Source: Squalus acanthias (Eukaryota). Taken from it: DNA of 64,000 nucleotides. The translations under genes and the position numbers were made by a program. The notes beneath the pieces were generated by a model that worked only from the letters and a program-made list of their open reading frames with translations, searched no databases and was not told the origin of the DNA. How positions within the stretch are numbered: position 1 is the stretch's first letter; every line of letters starts with the position of its first letter. Shown in pieces: positions 36,235 through 50,106 of the stretch. The stretch spans positions 75,828,001-75,892,000 of the forward strand of contig CM059432.1 of the NCBI GenBank assembly GCA_030390025.1. Direction: 5' to 3'.

Positions 36235-38330
36235 TTTGTTTCTCGAGGGTTTTGTGTGAGATAAATACTATGAAGTTGTGTTATCTAGTTTGCAATATTG
36301 CTAAATAGTGATTTGTTTCTTAAAGTCTTGGAATAGCTTATTCGCCCTTATATCAGTATATATCCCTCCTGACTTTTTTTAAAGTTTGCTTTTCATAGAA
36401 GAGTTCTGGTATGATTTTTCTAATCATGTAAATTATTTCCTCAGGAGTCAGGTTCAAGCTAGCTGGCTAGTTACTAATAAGATTGATATTTAATCCTATC
36501 CTTACTGATGTCCATTTTCCAGCAGGAGTCATCAAATAACAATCTGGAGCAGGAGGCCAGGTTAATTTTCCTGCTCCTTAGTCCAAGGCACTAAGACCAA
36601 TTGTAGCAACAGCTAACTCAATACAAACAAATCCCTTTGTCTATCACAGGGATCTTTCAGCAGACACCTCCCTTTAACCTGGAGGATACAATATTAATGA
36701 AGAGATAATATATAGACTGGAATCCTAGGTGTCCATGGACAATTCCTGACCACTTGTAAAGCGTATTTTCCAGTACAGTGAATTTTGTCTGAGCCCTAAC
36801 ATCAAAGCTTTTAAAATGTTGGCAGAAGAGCTGACAATTATAGATAATCAGCTTCTGACAGTATTCTTGCAATTGTCTCATGAGCTGTTCTAAGCCTAGA
36901 CAATTGCAAATAGATTTATAAGATTGAAGGGACCTTGGTCTAAACTATAGAAAAACGAGGCACTCATTTTAGATTTTCCTAAGGAAAAATCACTGTATTG
37001 GAAATGGTCATGCATGTAGAAGCAAGTAATATGCAGTTTGATTGACATGTTTTCTAGAGTACTTGCTGCTAAAAATAGAACCCATTCTACCTCTAATATT
37101 GCACTTTGATGCAGGCACGCCATCCAGTGGCGTAATGCACCCTGTGTGTGTGATTCACAGCAATTCTAGTGACACTGTCTACAGTGTTGCATAGTTTGAG
37201 ATACTATACGCACAATCTTTCATTTGCTGCTTTGAGATGTAATAAAACTTTACAGTTCATATTTTGGTAATTGACCCATCTATACTATGAATTATGCTAT
37301 CCATAAGTGTTACTTCTTGTTTGAGTTTGAACTAACAATCTTTAATATTAACAGACAGGAGGCCAATGGCGTTTTCTTTTTCTATGTTGATTTATTCTTG
37401 TTATTTTCAGCTCGCTTAAGGCCTTCCCACAGTTTTTTTGGCTAAGGTGGTGACTAGGTATCTGCCTGTGCTGCTGTTGAGGAGGATACCTGATCTCTCC
37501 AGATGGTTTTTCTGAGATGCAGCAAAAATATCATGTAGTACTGATCTGTGGCACAGGGTATTAATACAATAACCTGTTACACCAGGAAGTCATTCCATGT
37601 CCTTCACATTTTTAAAAAACAGCTACTGAATCTCCTGGGACTTTGAACATGGGTAGTCAAGAACAAGTGCTATTTTCAGGTAAAGCAGGGTTAGAGGGCA
37701 GTAGATAATTGGACAAAGGCAGAGGAAAAGGGGGGATGGGAGGTAGCGGTGAGAGGGACGAGAGTAAAAGCAAGGGCAAGGTGGGAAGGAGAGGTGGTGA
37801 GTGCTGGGGAGAGAGGAAACAAGAGAGGGCTTGGCAGGAGGAAGGAGGGGAAGGGATAAAAGGGAAGGGGAAGTGAAGGGGCTGGGGAGAGGGGGATGGG
37901 TATGGGGAAACTACCTCAGCTGGGGGAGTTTAGAAAAAGTACCTCAGTGGGGGAGTACTAAAAAAATCTCTTTGTTATTAGTAAAAGATCCTCAACCCAA
38001 TTAAAAAAATAAAATAAATAGACTCCTGATTTAAAAAAAAAGTAAAATGCCCTGATTGTTAAAACATCAATGCACAATTAATAAAAAAAAATAATAGGCC
38101 CTCTTTTTAAAATGAAAAAAATGATGCCTGATTTTTTACCCTACTGTGCAGGTCAGGTAAGTTCCATCGGGCAAGAACACTTGATTACTGTATAGGTACC
38201 GAGGGGTAGGCTAGTTACTAACATTAGTACCTTTACATTGAAAACACCTATCACAGCAGCACCTACAGGCATAACAGATATTGAATCAAATTTGATGATC
38301 ATTTACGGATTTAAATATATTATATAGACA

Positions 38331-38790
38331 GAAAGAACTTGCATTTATATAGCCTCTTTAAATTCCACATGATGTCCCAAAGTGCTTCACAGCCACTGAA
38401 TTACTTTTTGAAGTGCAGTCACTGTTGTTTGCTAGGCAAATGTGGCAGCCAATTTGCACAGAGCAAAGTCCCATAAACAGCAATGAGATAATGACCAGTT
38501 CATCTGGTTTTTTTTGGTGTTATTTGGGGGATAAATGTTGGGCAGGATGGTAAGAGAACTCTCTTTTTCATCTCTTCGAAATAGTGTTGTGGGATCTTTT
38601 ATGTCTACCTGGACAGGCCGATAGGGTGTCAGTTTAACGTCTCATTCAAAAGACTGCACCTCTTGACAATGCAGCACTCCCTAAGTACTACACTGGATTG
38701 TCAGCCTAGATTATGCAATCAAGTCCTGTAGTGGGACTTGGATTAATGACTTCTGATTCAGAGGCAATAGATGTTTTAGCAGTCAAGCTG
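38331..38790 (-). mobile_element. Deu-domain SINE, older copy with L2-type tail
   Basis: Homologous to 34881-35243; begins aaagaacttgcatttatatagc (tail on the minus strand). Confidence 0.75.
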
Positions 38791-40534
38791 GCACCTTCAG
38801 CAGCTTACACCTCAACCTGTTTAACTCTATGGGGTACAGTTTCCGCTTTGGCGCAATTTCCCGATTGCGCCCAAAATGCACTAATTTGCATAATCACAAA
38901 CTTAACATCTTCCACGAACCAGCGCAATAGGGCAGCGTAATTAAACGTATTTGCTTCTTTTTTTTAAATTTCCATTAAAAAGTATTTCTCGATGTACGCA
39001 AGAGTGGTAACTAGTGCAGTTTTATTAATAAAGCTGGAAATAATTTTTTAATAAGGGTGCCCAGTCCTCCACCTGTGAGTAACCTGATTTAAAATCACTG
39101 AAAATTACTTAAATGGTTCATTTAGTTTTTTTTAATAGTTTCATTGGTGTACACTAGTCAGTTTCTTAGTAAATGAAATATTTTTTGATATGAAAAACTT
39201 TTTAAACGTGCCTTGCGCCTAAGAAAACAAGCGCAATTTGAAGAGCCTTCCCGAACCAGCGCAATCTGCGGAATCTCGCCATGTTGACCTGGGGGCTTGG
39301 CCAGTTTAGTGGGCGGGACTTGATTTGGGCGGATTGAATCTTAAACCAGCATAAAAGATCACGGAAAACACAAACATAAGTGGTTTTTGATGTAGCTCAC
39401 TCACGTTTAAAACTCCACTATCTTTTGCGCTGGTTTGGCAGATTCTGCCCGGACTGTGCGGATATAGCTAGCACATTCAAGTGGAAACTCAAGGCCGCCC
39501 CCCCCCCCACCCAACCCCAATCCCAATTTTTAAGGGTGCAAAGTAGCTCTGAGCTGAGAGGTTGACTCCCATTCAGAAAACCCTAATTCAAATCCCAGCC
39601 TCACTGAAAATCTGTTGCCAAGTTTAATATGTTCTCAGCCAGGGTCAAGATGGTGAAGTGTTCCAAATTGAGAGAGTTACATTAGCAGTGAAACCAACAT
39701 GTACCCTGCTAAACATACCTCTGATTGGCTGATACACAGAGAGGCATTACTGTGGCCTTGTACTGTCCTGGACAGTGTTACCCTCTCAGCTGAAGATGGG
39801 AAGGCAACAATCTCTATACGTAAAATAATATTTAATAATCAATTTCCTCCCCTCCTCTCCTGAAGCACTGACTCCTGCTGGGGTATGGTTTCATGACCAC
39901 TGGTAGCCTTCCAGTACTTTGCCCAAGGGGTCATTCTTGGTGTATTACTATAGATATTGATAGTCAGCAAGCTATTGAACCATCACAGCCAAGCCTGATA
40001 TCAATACATGTGCATCCTCCAGTAGGGTCATTGGCTAGTGATCAGGGGGGTTCCTGGCCGATTTTGCCTTCCTAACCCAGGGGTGTTGAGGTCAATTGTA
40101 AAAAGAAAGATTTGCAATTATATAGCGCCTTTCACGACCTCAGGACATCCCAAAGTGCTTTACAGCCAATGAAGTACTTTTAAAGTGTAATCACTGTTGT
40201 AATATAAGAAATCATTGCTCACACCAATGAGATCAGCTAGCTCAGCAGAAGCCAGGGATCAATTCTGTAATATTTCCATTTTGTATGAGCTCATAACTAT
40301 ATCATGCATTGTACTTACCCACTAAACCATTTGGCAAAGCCCAGTGATCAATCATAAGAGATCTGTAATTATATGTTTACACTGATCTGCCTTCAGGCTC
40401 TTTTCATCAATGTATAAAAAACGTTTTCATTTTATGCTGAAAAGGTTAATGCTGTCAAAACATGATTCTGAAACAGCATAGTTTGTTTTGTCACAAAAAA
40501 GTCAATACTGATTTTTTTATTACATCTCTTCCAG

Positions 40535-40544
40535 GTCGAAGTAA
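40535..40544 (+). CDS. NKAIN3: NKAIN family, last coding micro-segment (L-S-K-stop), then 3'UTR
   Basis: ttttattacatctcttccag|G TCG AAG TAA completes the phase-2 codon CT+G; gives ...PVYLSK*, matching the NKAIN2-type ...YMSK* ending. Confidence 0.75.
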
Positions 40545-41402
40545 ATGACAGACAACAGATGATCATGGATGGATAGGCCTCTGATGAAGATGTACTTCAA
40601 ACTACAGTTTAGAGAAAAGAGAAAACATTATATGTGATATCAGGTGTGGGCAGGTACTCCCACGTAATTATTCATTTCTGACCAAAACTCGAGTAAAGGA
40701 CTTATTTTTAGGCATATCCAAGTTGATTCTGAAATACTTGGTTCTGGTTACTGTTTCTTGTCCTTTGCTGTACAATAATGGTATCTTGTATGGAGCGTCT
40801 AGTTAAAGTATGTACACTGTAGCAAACAGTGAATTCAGTACAGTCAAGTGATTTGTTTCAGGTAAAATCCACTGTGAAACAGAAAACATTACTGGACTTG
40901 TGCTGAGAGTGAATCAGTCCCTCTGACGGTAGCAACTGTTTCTCTGTAGAATATTTAAATGAGTCAGTTTTCAACTTGTACAAAAATACTTTTTTATGGA
41001 TTTATGAAGTATTAATTCTTAACACATTTGTAAGATAATGTTAGCACCCCAGTATTTTGTAGTCGTGTGAATGTTACAAACATTTTATGTGAAACATCTG
41101 TTAGGCCATTCTATGGATTATAGATTAGGTGATTAAAAGAAACCTTTTATTCTCATTATTGCTGTGTTCCACTCACTGAAGTAGTTGAGAATCTTGTCAT
41201 GGTCTTCTGTTGAGTGGAGCATGTGGCTTGATTGTAATACCCTAAATGATAGGTCCAGTCTACATCATTCCACATTCTTAGAAGGCACTTGGCAGTTTTA
41301 AGCACCCTTCTCATCTCAGAGCCCACAGAAAACTGCCTTTATAGCCTTCACTTGGACCACACCATGCAAAACACCAACAGGAAGTATACTTCTAGACTCG
41401 AG

Positions 41403-43411
41403 GGCCTAGAAATTCGATCGCGCCCAAAAAGAGGCACGCAGGGGATAAGGCACGGACTGCCACCTCTGTTCACGTGGGTGCAGGGACCACAGGCGTCCAG
41501 CCAGTGCTACCCTCACTGCTAATTAACTGCGTGCCTGTTTGGGGGCATGGGAAATAGAGCGTCTCTGGTGCCACTTTAAAGGCACTCAGATATTGGTTGT
41601 GAGGAAAGTGCTCATAAGGATGGTGGCACTGTTGGTGTATTGGGGATTGGAGGGATGGTTCAGGTGAAGAACTCTGGCAGCAAATGGTACAGGTGATCGA
41701 TGGTGCTCTTAAATCTCCTAGAATATAAGAAATAGGAGCAGGAATAGGCCACTTGGCCCCTCGAGCTTGCTCCGCCATTCAATATCATGGCTGATCTTGG
41801 GCTCAAAGCCACTTCCCCGCCCACTCCCCATAACCCTTCACTCCCTTATCTTGCAAAAATCTGTATCTCCACCTTAAACGTATTTAATGACCCAGTCTCC
41901 ACAGCTCTCTAGGGCAGAGAATTCCACAGATTTACAACCCTATTGCTGCCCAGAAGGTGGTAAGGGTTGGTCCTTCCTTTTAATGATGTTATACAGCACG
42001 TAGCAATTGAGCAAAAATCAGGATACATGTTCAGAGGTGTGCTGCAGAGCTTCTCGCGAACAGTCCAGGTAGTTGGAGCATTGCTTGAGAACGCCGATGG
42101 TCTACTCAATTTCTGGTGGCAGCATAGCTTACAATGTAGTCCAACTCTGCGCCTGTGCCCGGATTCCTGACAGGAATCATGAGTCATGTCCGGAGGGGAT
42201 ATCCCTTGTAGCCAAGTAGCCAATCTGTGACCTGATGCCCTGGTAGGAATAAAGGCAACACCGAGGACTTGCACAGGATGAATGAATTATGACTGTTGCC
42301 AAGAAACAGGGAAGAGACCTGTATGATGTGCTGCCTGTGGTCACAAACAAGCTGCACATTGAGGGAGTGGTTATCCCTTTCTATTGAAAAAGATGCCAGG
42401 GTGGCAAAGCAATATGGGTGCAGTCTATGGCCTCTTGGACCCTGGGGGAGCCTGCAATGTGTGCTTCCTGTCCTGCCTTGCTCTGTCCATGGGGAATGTA
42501 ATGCATGGGTTACTCCTGGCATAGAATCCAGTCACCCTGGTACAGCAGTGGACTGCACACTGTGATATGTCACCTGCTGCAGCCTGAAACGACCCCATGA
42601 CGTAAAAATTAAGGACCACATTGACCTTGATAGCCTCAGGCATTGCTGTCCATGCCCTGGTTTGAGGCCCGAGCTGTGGCTGTAGCAGATGACATAGCTC
42701 AGTGACAGGCTCCTTGCTGAAGCGAAGGCATGTGAGGCATTGCTCCTCAGTGAAGTTGAGGTATGAGAAGTGCTCCCTGAAGACCAATTGTGTGGATGGG
42801 CTCCTGCGCAGGGCCCTCCTCCTCCATCTTCTCGCAGCTTCTCCTGCTCTCTCCTGTTTTCTTGGCTGCTCCCCTTCCTCCTCCAGCCCCAAAGGAAGAC
42901 CGACCAGATCACCCATGGCTGGAATAAACTGCAGTACAGACAAAAAACAGTCCAGCACCATCAGCACAAAGTTGTTCCTGGAAGTCAGAATCACTTGTAG
43001 AAAGGAGAAAATAGCAAAGAGAAGGCCCAGCAGTTAACAGCAATCCAAGAGGATAAACCAGCAACTAACCTGTATGGAATCAATGAACCCATTAAATAGC
43101 ACTCCTGCCAGATCCTTGATGACTGTTAATGTCATGATTTGTTGGGCGAGTTTATCATGTAACGAGTAAGGCACTTGAGCAGACCAATTTTGCAAAAAGT
43201 TCCTAAAACAAGCTTAGGACCCTTATTTTAATATTGTAATGAGGTTTTTAATACTTCCGGGGCCTGCCCTGGACCCCTATGGAGCAGTCCGGTCCAATAT
43301 GGCGGGCGGCACACTTTCAGCAGGGGAAATGGGCATGCCATTCCATATTGGACCCCTAGGCACTCATTTTAAGCCTGCAAAACAGATGCAGTGCAATTGA
43401 ATTTCTAGGCC
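41403..43411 (-). mobile_element. Harbinger element with decayed transposase (no Myb gene seen), containing a CR1 3' fragment at ~41720-41942
   Basis: TIRs ggcctagaaattc / gaatttctaggcc; VFREHFSYLNFTEEQCLTCLRF...LNFYVMGSFQ...HSLNVQLVCDH...WLLGYKGYP. Confidence 0.85.
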
Positions 43412-46400
43412 AAGGAATCAGTTTGAAAATGGTGTTAATATCCTGGGAATAACGTGGATATTATGGGCTAGAAATTACTGTTGGCGAGATTAGCAGATGA
43501 GCAATTAATGTGATAGACAGGAAACCTCCTACTGCTATTTTAACAGGGTCAACAATCTATTTCAAATAAATGTCCACTAATATCAACATTAACAATGCTT
43601 TTTGGATAATGGGGAAAAGGGACCAAGAGGAAAGAAGGACAAATATTATGAACATTTAAAATGCAAAGTTCATGGTTCAATGGAAGCAGGTTTACATCAT
43701 ACACCCCTGATAAATCTTGCTATATACAAAAAAAATCCTAAAGTATGATGCATCCTATTCTTGTAGCAATAGAATTTAAATACTTATAGTTTCCTGGTAT
43801 TGGCCTTTGTCCACATTTGCAGAGACAAGAAAGATAACTAATAACTTGAGCGAAATATAATTTCTGGAAGTATTTGCTCCAGAGAAGCTTTGCTTCTTAT
43901 CTTACCAGTAAGCACATCATTAACAAAATAGGATAACAACTCCAGAGGCCCCAAAATTCTGATCAAGACCAAGAGTGGAGAGCTCGGGATTACCCGCCCG
44001 TGGTCGGAATCAGCTTTGCCAGGATTGCACCCTATTTTTAGCTCCAGCCATTTTCTGGTGATGGGAGATGGGATGGGCGGATCTTCTGCCGCCCTCCACA
44101 CATTGAGCTGGGGGAGTTCCCAGGCTGCTCCAGGAAGTCTGCCCAGTGTGTCTTCATAAGATTTCAGTGGAACTCTCGCCAGCTGACAGCTAGCATGTGT
44201 AGTGTTGAGGTCTTCTGAAAGGCGCCAAACCATTACCAAGCAAAGGTAATCAATTCCAGAGATAATCAATTGCCTGAAGCAGCAGCTCATTGTGAGCTGA
44301 AGAAACAAAGTTGTTGAGGCCTTCCCAGGCCTCTCTCCTGCCCTCAGAACAGCATGAAGCTGCTCTAATTTTCTGGTCCTCTGTCAGGACAGGCACGGCC
44401 CACCCCCGCAGAGGACCCTATGCTCAGAATTTGGGACCGGATCTGCGCTACTGTGCCTGAACAGCCAAGAGTTTTACTTCACTGAATTTCCACTGGCAGA
44501 GCTGGACTCCTGGAATTTCGGCACCACCATCCTTCACTATGCTGTGCATTGTGCTAAATCGAATGCTGCGACTGCATTACAAACTTCTTTCTGTAGCCAT
44601 CTATAGCAATGGCTTTTAGAAGAGGCAGTTATGGGCTGGATTTCCTTTAGTTTCAAAAGGACCTTTGAAACTGCCAAGTTCCTACTGATTACAAATGTGT
44701 AATGTTACTAATACAGCAGATGTATGTGCGCTGATGGTAGCCTTTGGATACTGAATCTCTTGCGTAGACCTGATGGATAAAGCACATTTTGCGTAACGTT
44801 TTTTATAATCTTGTACATATATGCACATTCTTATGTGTATTGAGGGTGTTATTGATAGAAATACTATGTAAACAATTTTTACTTATCTAGAAAGCCCATC
44901 ACCCTGGGTATCATGTAAAAACTAGTATGGATGGTAAATACTTCATGTCAGCTTAAAATGATTAAATTGTACATTGGATTACAAGCTAATTGTAAGCATT
45001 CCCTCTTTTCTACACCTTGATTTCTAAATTAGTCTATACTAATGGGTTTTTAAGCCAGTTTAGTCACTCCGACTGATTTTATATACAGACTTTTTAAAAA
45101 TTATATATACACACATCCACTACAACAGTAACTACACTTCAAAAACACTTCATTAGCTTTGGCACATCTTGAGCATGTGAAAGATGCTCTAAAAATGCAA
45201 GTTTTGTCTTTTTTCATTCAATTAAGAAATCATCTTTTCATGATTTCCCTGATCAATAATAGGTCAAATAAAATAATGGATATATCGTAAGAACTGTTGA
45301 ATGAAGTTGAATTATTTCTTTAACAGATATATAGAGGCTGAAAGAACATCTATGAATAGAACTACTTGATCTGTTGCTATGCTCTAGGGTAAAAGACCAT
45401 GATGCATTGCTGCAGAGAAGTTGGAAGTGCACCGTTCTCAGACAACCTTTGCAGGATGCTCATCGTAGTCTCAAAAAAGCCTATTGGTCAACCAATCCCC
45501 TTCTGAAAGCAGGCCCAGTAGGTTACTAATCCGTGGCCCGCAATGCAGAGGAATGCCTCAGACTTAAAGCTCAGGCAACATTAAAAAAAAAAATGGCCTT
45601 TGGATGTGCACAAAACTGGCAAGGCCCATCTTGAGTTGTCGGAGGGCACTAAGAGTCAAGCACATAGAGATGGCAAGTCTCTTCCCTGAAGGACATTAAT
45701 GAATCTTTTGAGCAGGCGAGCGGGACACCCGCAGGAAGGCAGCGGGGCCCTTTAAATATGTAGATCAGGTCCGATTATGTCATCCGGACCCGATCTGCAA
45801 TTTTAGTTGAAGGCCTGAGCGGGGGAGCAGTGATGGCTTCCCCGTCGCCAGACCTGCTGGGAGGTGGATCGTGGGCCAGAAAAGGCCCAGCAAGTAACTT
45901 TTAAAATTTTAAACTTAATACTACATGCTCTGCACTTTCCTAGGGCCCCAATTTCCGCTTGTTTTACACGGATTTTTACGTTCCAGCGTATGCTTGAGAT
46001 TTTCAGGAAATCGCACCGTAAATTGCCGTCAACAAGATCGGTTAAGAAACTGGCATAAATTCGGTGCAAGTTAGATTGAGGAAATTACGGCTCACCATTC
46101 TTATATAGCCAAACTCTTACCAGGTCCCTAATTATTTTTAGCTAAGAAAGTTCTAAAGTGAACAATTTAATCGTATACAAATATTATCATAAGCAACTTA
46201 TTTTCGGTCCGATCTCTTGTATGCAACAAATACATCAGTAGTCTTATTTGATTGCATGGTAACCAATTTCTAGCTTTGTGAGTGGATACTTATCTGTTGT
46301 AACCAGGCAGTTTCCAATCAGACACATGTTTGGCAGCCCTATGGTAAGCTTAACCTACTGTAGATTCAATGCAATTGTACAATTTAAATACAATTAAGTT

Positions 46401-46991
46401 CATACAAATGAAGAATCTGTCCTGATCTTTTGCAATCATTAGAAGTATTTACTTAACAGGAAACCAGACTAAAATTATGTAGTATGTGAAGTAAACTTAA
46501 AGATTCGGAGACAACTATAATCTGCTTTTAATTTGCTAAATTGGCTTGGTTAGTATACTTATTATAGCAGGACACATGGCAGCACTACCTGAAACTGGAC
46601 TAGAAGAGTGCAAAGGTGTAACATTGACCAAACATTGTAAATAACTGTGGGAAAAAAAAGTTCTAATAAACCAAGGGGTTTGATCTGAATCTAGCACACA
46701 CTTATGGGAAAATAATCTTCTCGGTGATAGCTGTACAAATCTGGGCAACCTCAATTCCAGTGGATATGGGCCGGATGGCCTCCTTCTGTGCCGTAAATTT
46801 CTATGATTCTATGTCCACAATAAAATAAAAATACGGTAACTAAAGCAGACTTGGCAGATTAACTTCATCAATGATTTACCTAGTTAATTGTATTCTGTAC
46901 TTGAATTTTCTAAATACAAATAAACACACAGACTACTCGGTGCATCACTGGATTAACCAGAAAACAAGCACAAAGATCACTTTTTATGATT

Positions 46992-46997
46992 TTTATT
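46992..46997 (-). terminator. Candidate polyadenylation signal of GGH
   Basis: AATAAA on the minus strand, followed by U-tracts-free spacer then GU-rich gtgatctttgtgcttgtttt (46980-46961). Confidence 0.5.
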
Positions 46998-47346
46998 GAG
47001 CTTTATCACAGATCAACAACACACAGTCTCAAATTCCAAGGTCTTTGTACAACCTGAACTGTCGATAGACAGTAGAGATTTGCAGAATTATGCAGTGCAC
47101 AGAAATCATTCTTCTGATATTCAGATCAGATTATTGATGTAAAATGCATTCTGCAAAAGAAGGGAAAATCTACTTCCTACAAAGATAATAGTTTCCTCAA
47201 AAATAATCAGATACTGAAATGTAAAATTATTTTTGCTATATAAAGAGCATTTCAAAGGTTAAATTATAATAAATTGTCTTGCATTTCATTTCACTTGGTC
47301 AATTTCACAGCCCAAAACAATGCTGCATTTCCAGATCAAAAACTTT

Positions 47347-47471
47347 GGGGGTGAAATTGGTGTTGGGCAGACAGTGTAAAACGAGCAAGCGGCGATTTGG
47401 CAGCTCATTTTACAAGCGCCATGATTTTCTTTCCCCTTTTCACGCTACCGCTGAAGAGCGATTTCACCCCC
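47347..47471. mobile_element. Small MITE in the probable GGH 3'UTR
   Basis: TIRs gggggtgaaat / atttcaccccc, same type as 36055-36234. Confidence 0.65.
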
Positions 47472-48636
47472 TCTGTCCGCAATAAAGAGAAAATCTGCTT
47501 TCCAGGCACAGCTCGGTTAATTCTCGTCGTTAAAGACTTTCTTTGAAAATGTAGCAATGGACCTGTTGCGTTTACTCATTCTTTGAGTAGCAGGCCCATC
47601 TAAACTAAAGTTTTCGAAGATTGAAATGGCATTTTGTATAAGAATATCACATGTACGAATATAGAGAAAAAAAGATACTTTGTGTAATAACATTTGCATT
47701 AAAGTAAATTGAAGCCTTACATGCAGTTCGCTCGCAAGCTTCAAAGAGCCTTCCCACATGGAAGTTCCAGAAGACGAAGCATAAATTTTCATCTTCAGCA
47801 TTTCAGAAACTTGTGCACTAGGGACGCACATCAGAAAATCAGATGGGTTTTACCAATGATTTTCTACTTGTCCTTTCAAATGGACAGAAAAACGGTGGAC
47901 AGCATTTACCCGATTTTCTGACATGCGCTTCCCTGGGAGCACTGAAGATGAAAATTTACTTTCAGCGAGAAGAGTAGGCAGAAGCCTTAAAACATGAACA
48001 GCTTTGTTATTTAGAAATGGAAGTAATGATTTAATTCTGATGGATATGAACTTCGGTGGTGCTGGGGACCGGCGTAAATAAAAGTCTTCATTTGGATAAT
48101 TTTACTGAAAAAGTCCATGCGAGTACAAAATGGGGAATCTGGTTTTATATTTAGGGTAACTTGCTAAAACTATGAACTGGAGGAATTTCAGCCCCAATAA
48201 GTAAACTAGATTCATGTGGGCTTGCTGTTTCATGCATGTGCATACCGGCAGTCATATCCTGGCTGGTGCACAAACAGTGACATCATGATGTTGTGTCTCT
48301 ACCAAAACGCACTGTTGCAGCCAGAACAGTACATTTAATGACACTAGTAGATCAGAGGCAGCCAGGAAGACACAGCAAAAAATGGGTCTCAGAAAATCCT
48401 TGACATTGCCACCGGCTACAGAATAACCAACTGTTTGTTACTAAGGCCACAAAGTTACCAGAACTGCTTGGATATATGAAACATTAGATAGAGTCAAGTG
48501 ATTAGATTTAAAGAGTAATTTCTGACTTCTAAATGGTTGGAAAATCACACGCATCACGCACCAAAATTTCAAACAGGTGTTCCCCACCAGAGCACAAAGA
48601 TGGAAAATGATCAGTTTACTCGATCAAAGCTCATCT

Positions 48637-48773
48637 CTATCTGGAGTAGCTGACATCAATGAAATAACTTTGCTCGAAGCTAGAAATGCTTTCAGTGTAA
48701 ACTGGTGCGTAGTTGTAAATCAAAGCATTTGCCTCTTCAGTTCCATCAGAAAAATAATGGGAATTCTTCCGAG
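48637..48773 (-). CDS. GGH: Gamma-glutamyl hydrolase, last coding exon
   Basis: tttttcag|; (A)RKNSHYFSDGTEEANALIYNYAPVYTESISSFEQSYFIDVSYSR*; aligns to the human GGH C-terminus ARKNNHHF...ALIYQFSPIYT...SSFQQCYIFD. Confidence 0.92.
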
Positions 48774-49562
48774 CTGAAAAATAAGAAAGTAATCTTCTTC
48801 AGGTTTTAAAATTTCAGTACTGATTTACAAGATTTGCAGTTATGAAATGAACAAGGAAACAAAACATGTATAAAGTGAGACAGTCAATGCGGGAAAATTG
48901 TTTCATTTATGTGGTGAAGAGTTCAACTACCAGGGAGCTCTAGTTATAAAGTAGGAAGCCAGGTAAAGCGTGGTCTAACAAGTCTGCTGCTGGGCTATGG
49001 AACATAGTGTAAAAAGCATCAACAGCAGCAGCCAGCTCACAGATGCCAAGCTCCTGGAAGCCATAAGTATAGAGAAGCAACTTTAGATGGGTTAATGGAG
49101 AAAAAAGGGTCTGAGATTTGGGGCGATGGGGGCTGGTCAGATCGGAGAGAAAATGGATAGGCAACTTAGCTTTATTGTCTATTTTCTGTTTCTAACAAAT
49201 GTTATGCTTGTACCTTGTTTAAATAGGATAGATTGGTGGGGGGAGTGAGGAGGAATGCAAAGTATTCACGGGTTTTGACATGTACGTTTTATCCTACATA
49301 CTCTAGTCTTTGCAATTCGTGCAGTATTAATTTTGCCATTTGCTGAGGGCAGACAGATACACCGTAGGTTTAACAACTCGTGAAAGCTGGTTCCTTTTGC
49401 TGCAGTAAAGTACTAGCATTACCTACAGGCTTAAGAACTGCCCCAAAGAGGACTACCAACTCACTTAATTGCTACAAATCATTTTGCTGATGACAATCAA
49501 CATAAAACTAAATTCTTTGCTGTACACAAAACAGGTTAATTATATATTTCATTTGTCCATAC

Positions 49563-49700
49563 CTTCGTTAACAAAAAAGTCAGCCATGTACCATGCTACT
49601 TTCACAGCGTTGGGGGTATGTGAGATGATGTGCTTTGTGTTCCACTCAAAAGGGTTTTTCTCAGGGTGCCACTGAACACCATAAATAGGGTAATTGCGTG
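49563..49700 (-). CDS. GGH: Gamma-glutamyl hydrolase exon with the catalytic His (QWHPE)
   Basis: ttgcag|...|gtatgg; 138 bp encoding (A)[45 protein letters not shown]. Confidence 0.95.
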
Positions 49701-49926
49701 CTGCAATAAAGCAAACAAACTTATCATTTCCTTAACTTTACCTTTATCTCATCAATGAGCATACCTTCCAACAAAAGCTCCCCAAGTTTCTGATACCCTA
49801 CATAGAAGCTAATTGTAAAAGTTTTCAGTAACATGCGCCATTTACATGTCCTCTAATTGCAGTTTGATACTCTGTCTAAACGGACTCTTAAAATGACACA
49901 TGCTTCTGATCCATGCATAAACATGG

Positions 49927-50106
49927 CTGAATATATTTAAGAAGGAGATGGATAGATTTCTAGACACAAAAGGCATCAAAGAGTATGAGGAGAGAGCGGG
50001 AATATGGTATTGAGATAGAGGATCAGCCATGATCATATTGAATGGCGGAGCAGGCTTGAAGGGCCGAATGGCCTACTCCTGCTCCTATTTTTCTATGTTT
50101 CTATGA
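49927..50106 (+). mobile_element. CR1 LINE 3' end
   Basis: Nearly identical to positions 97-275. Confidence 0.9.
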
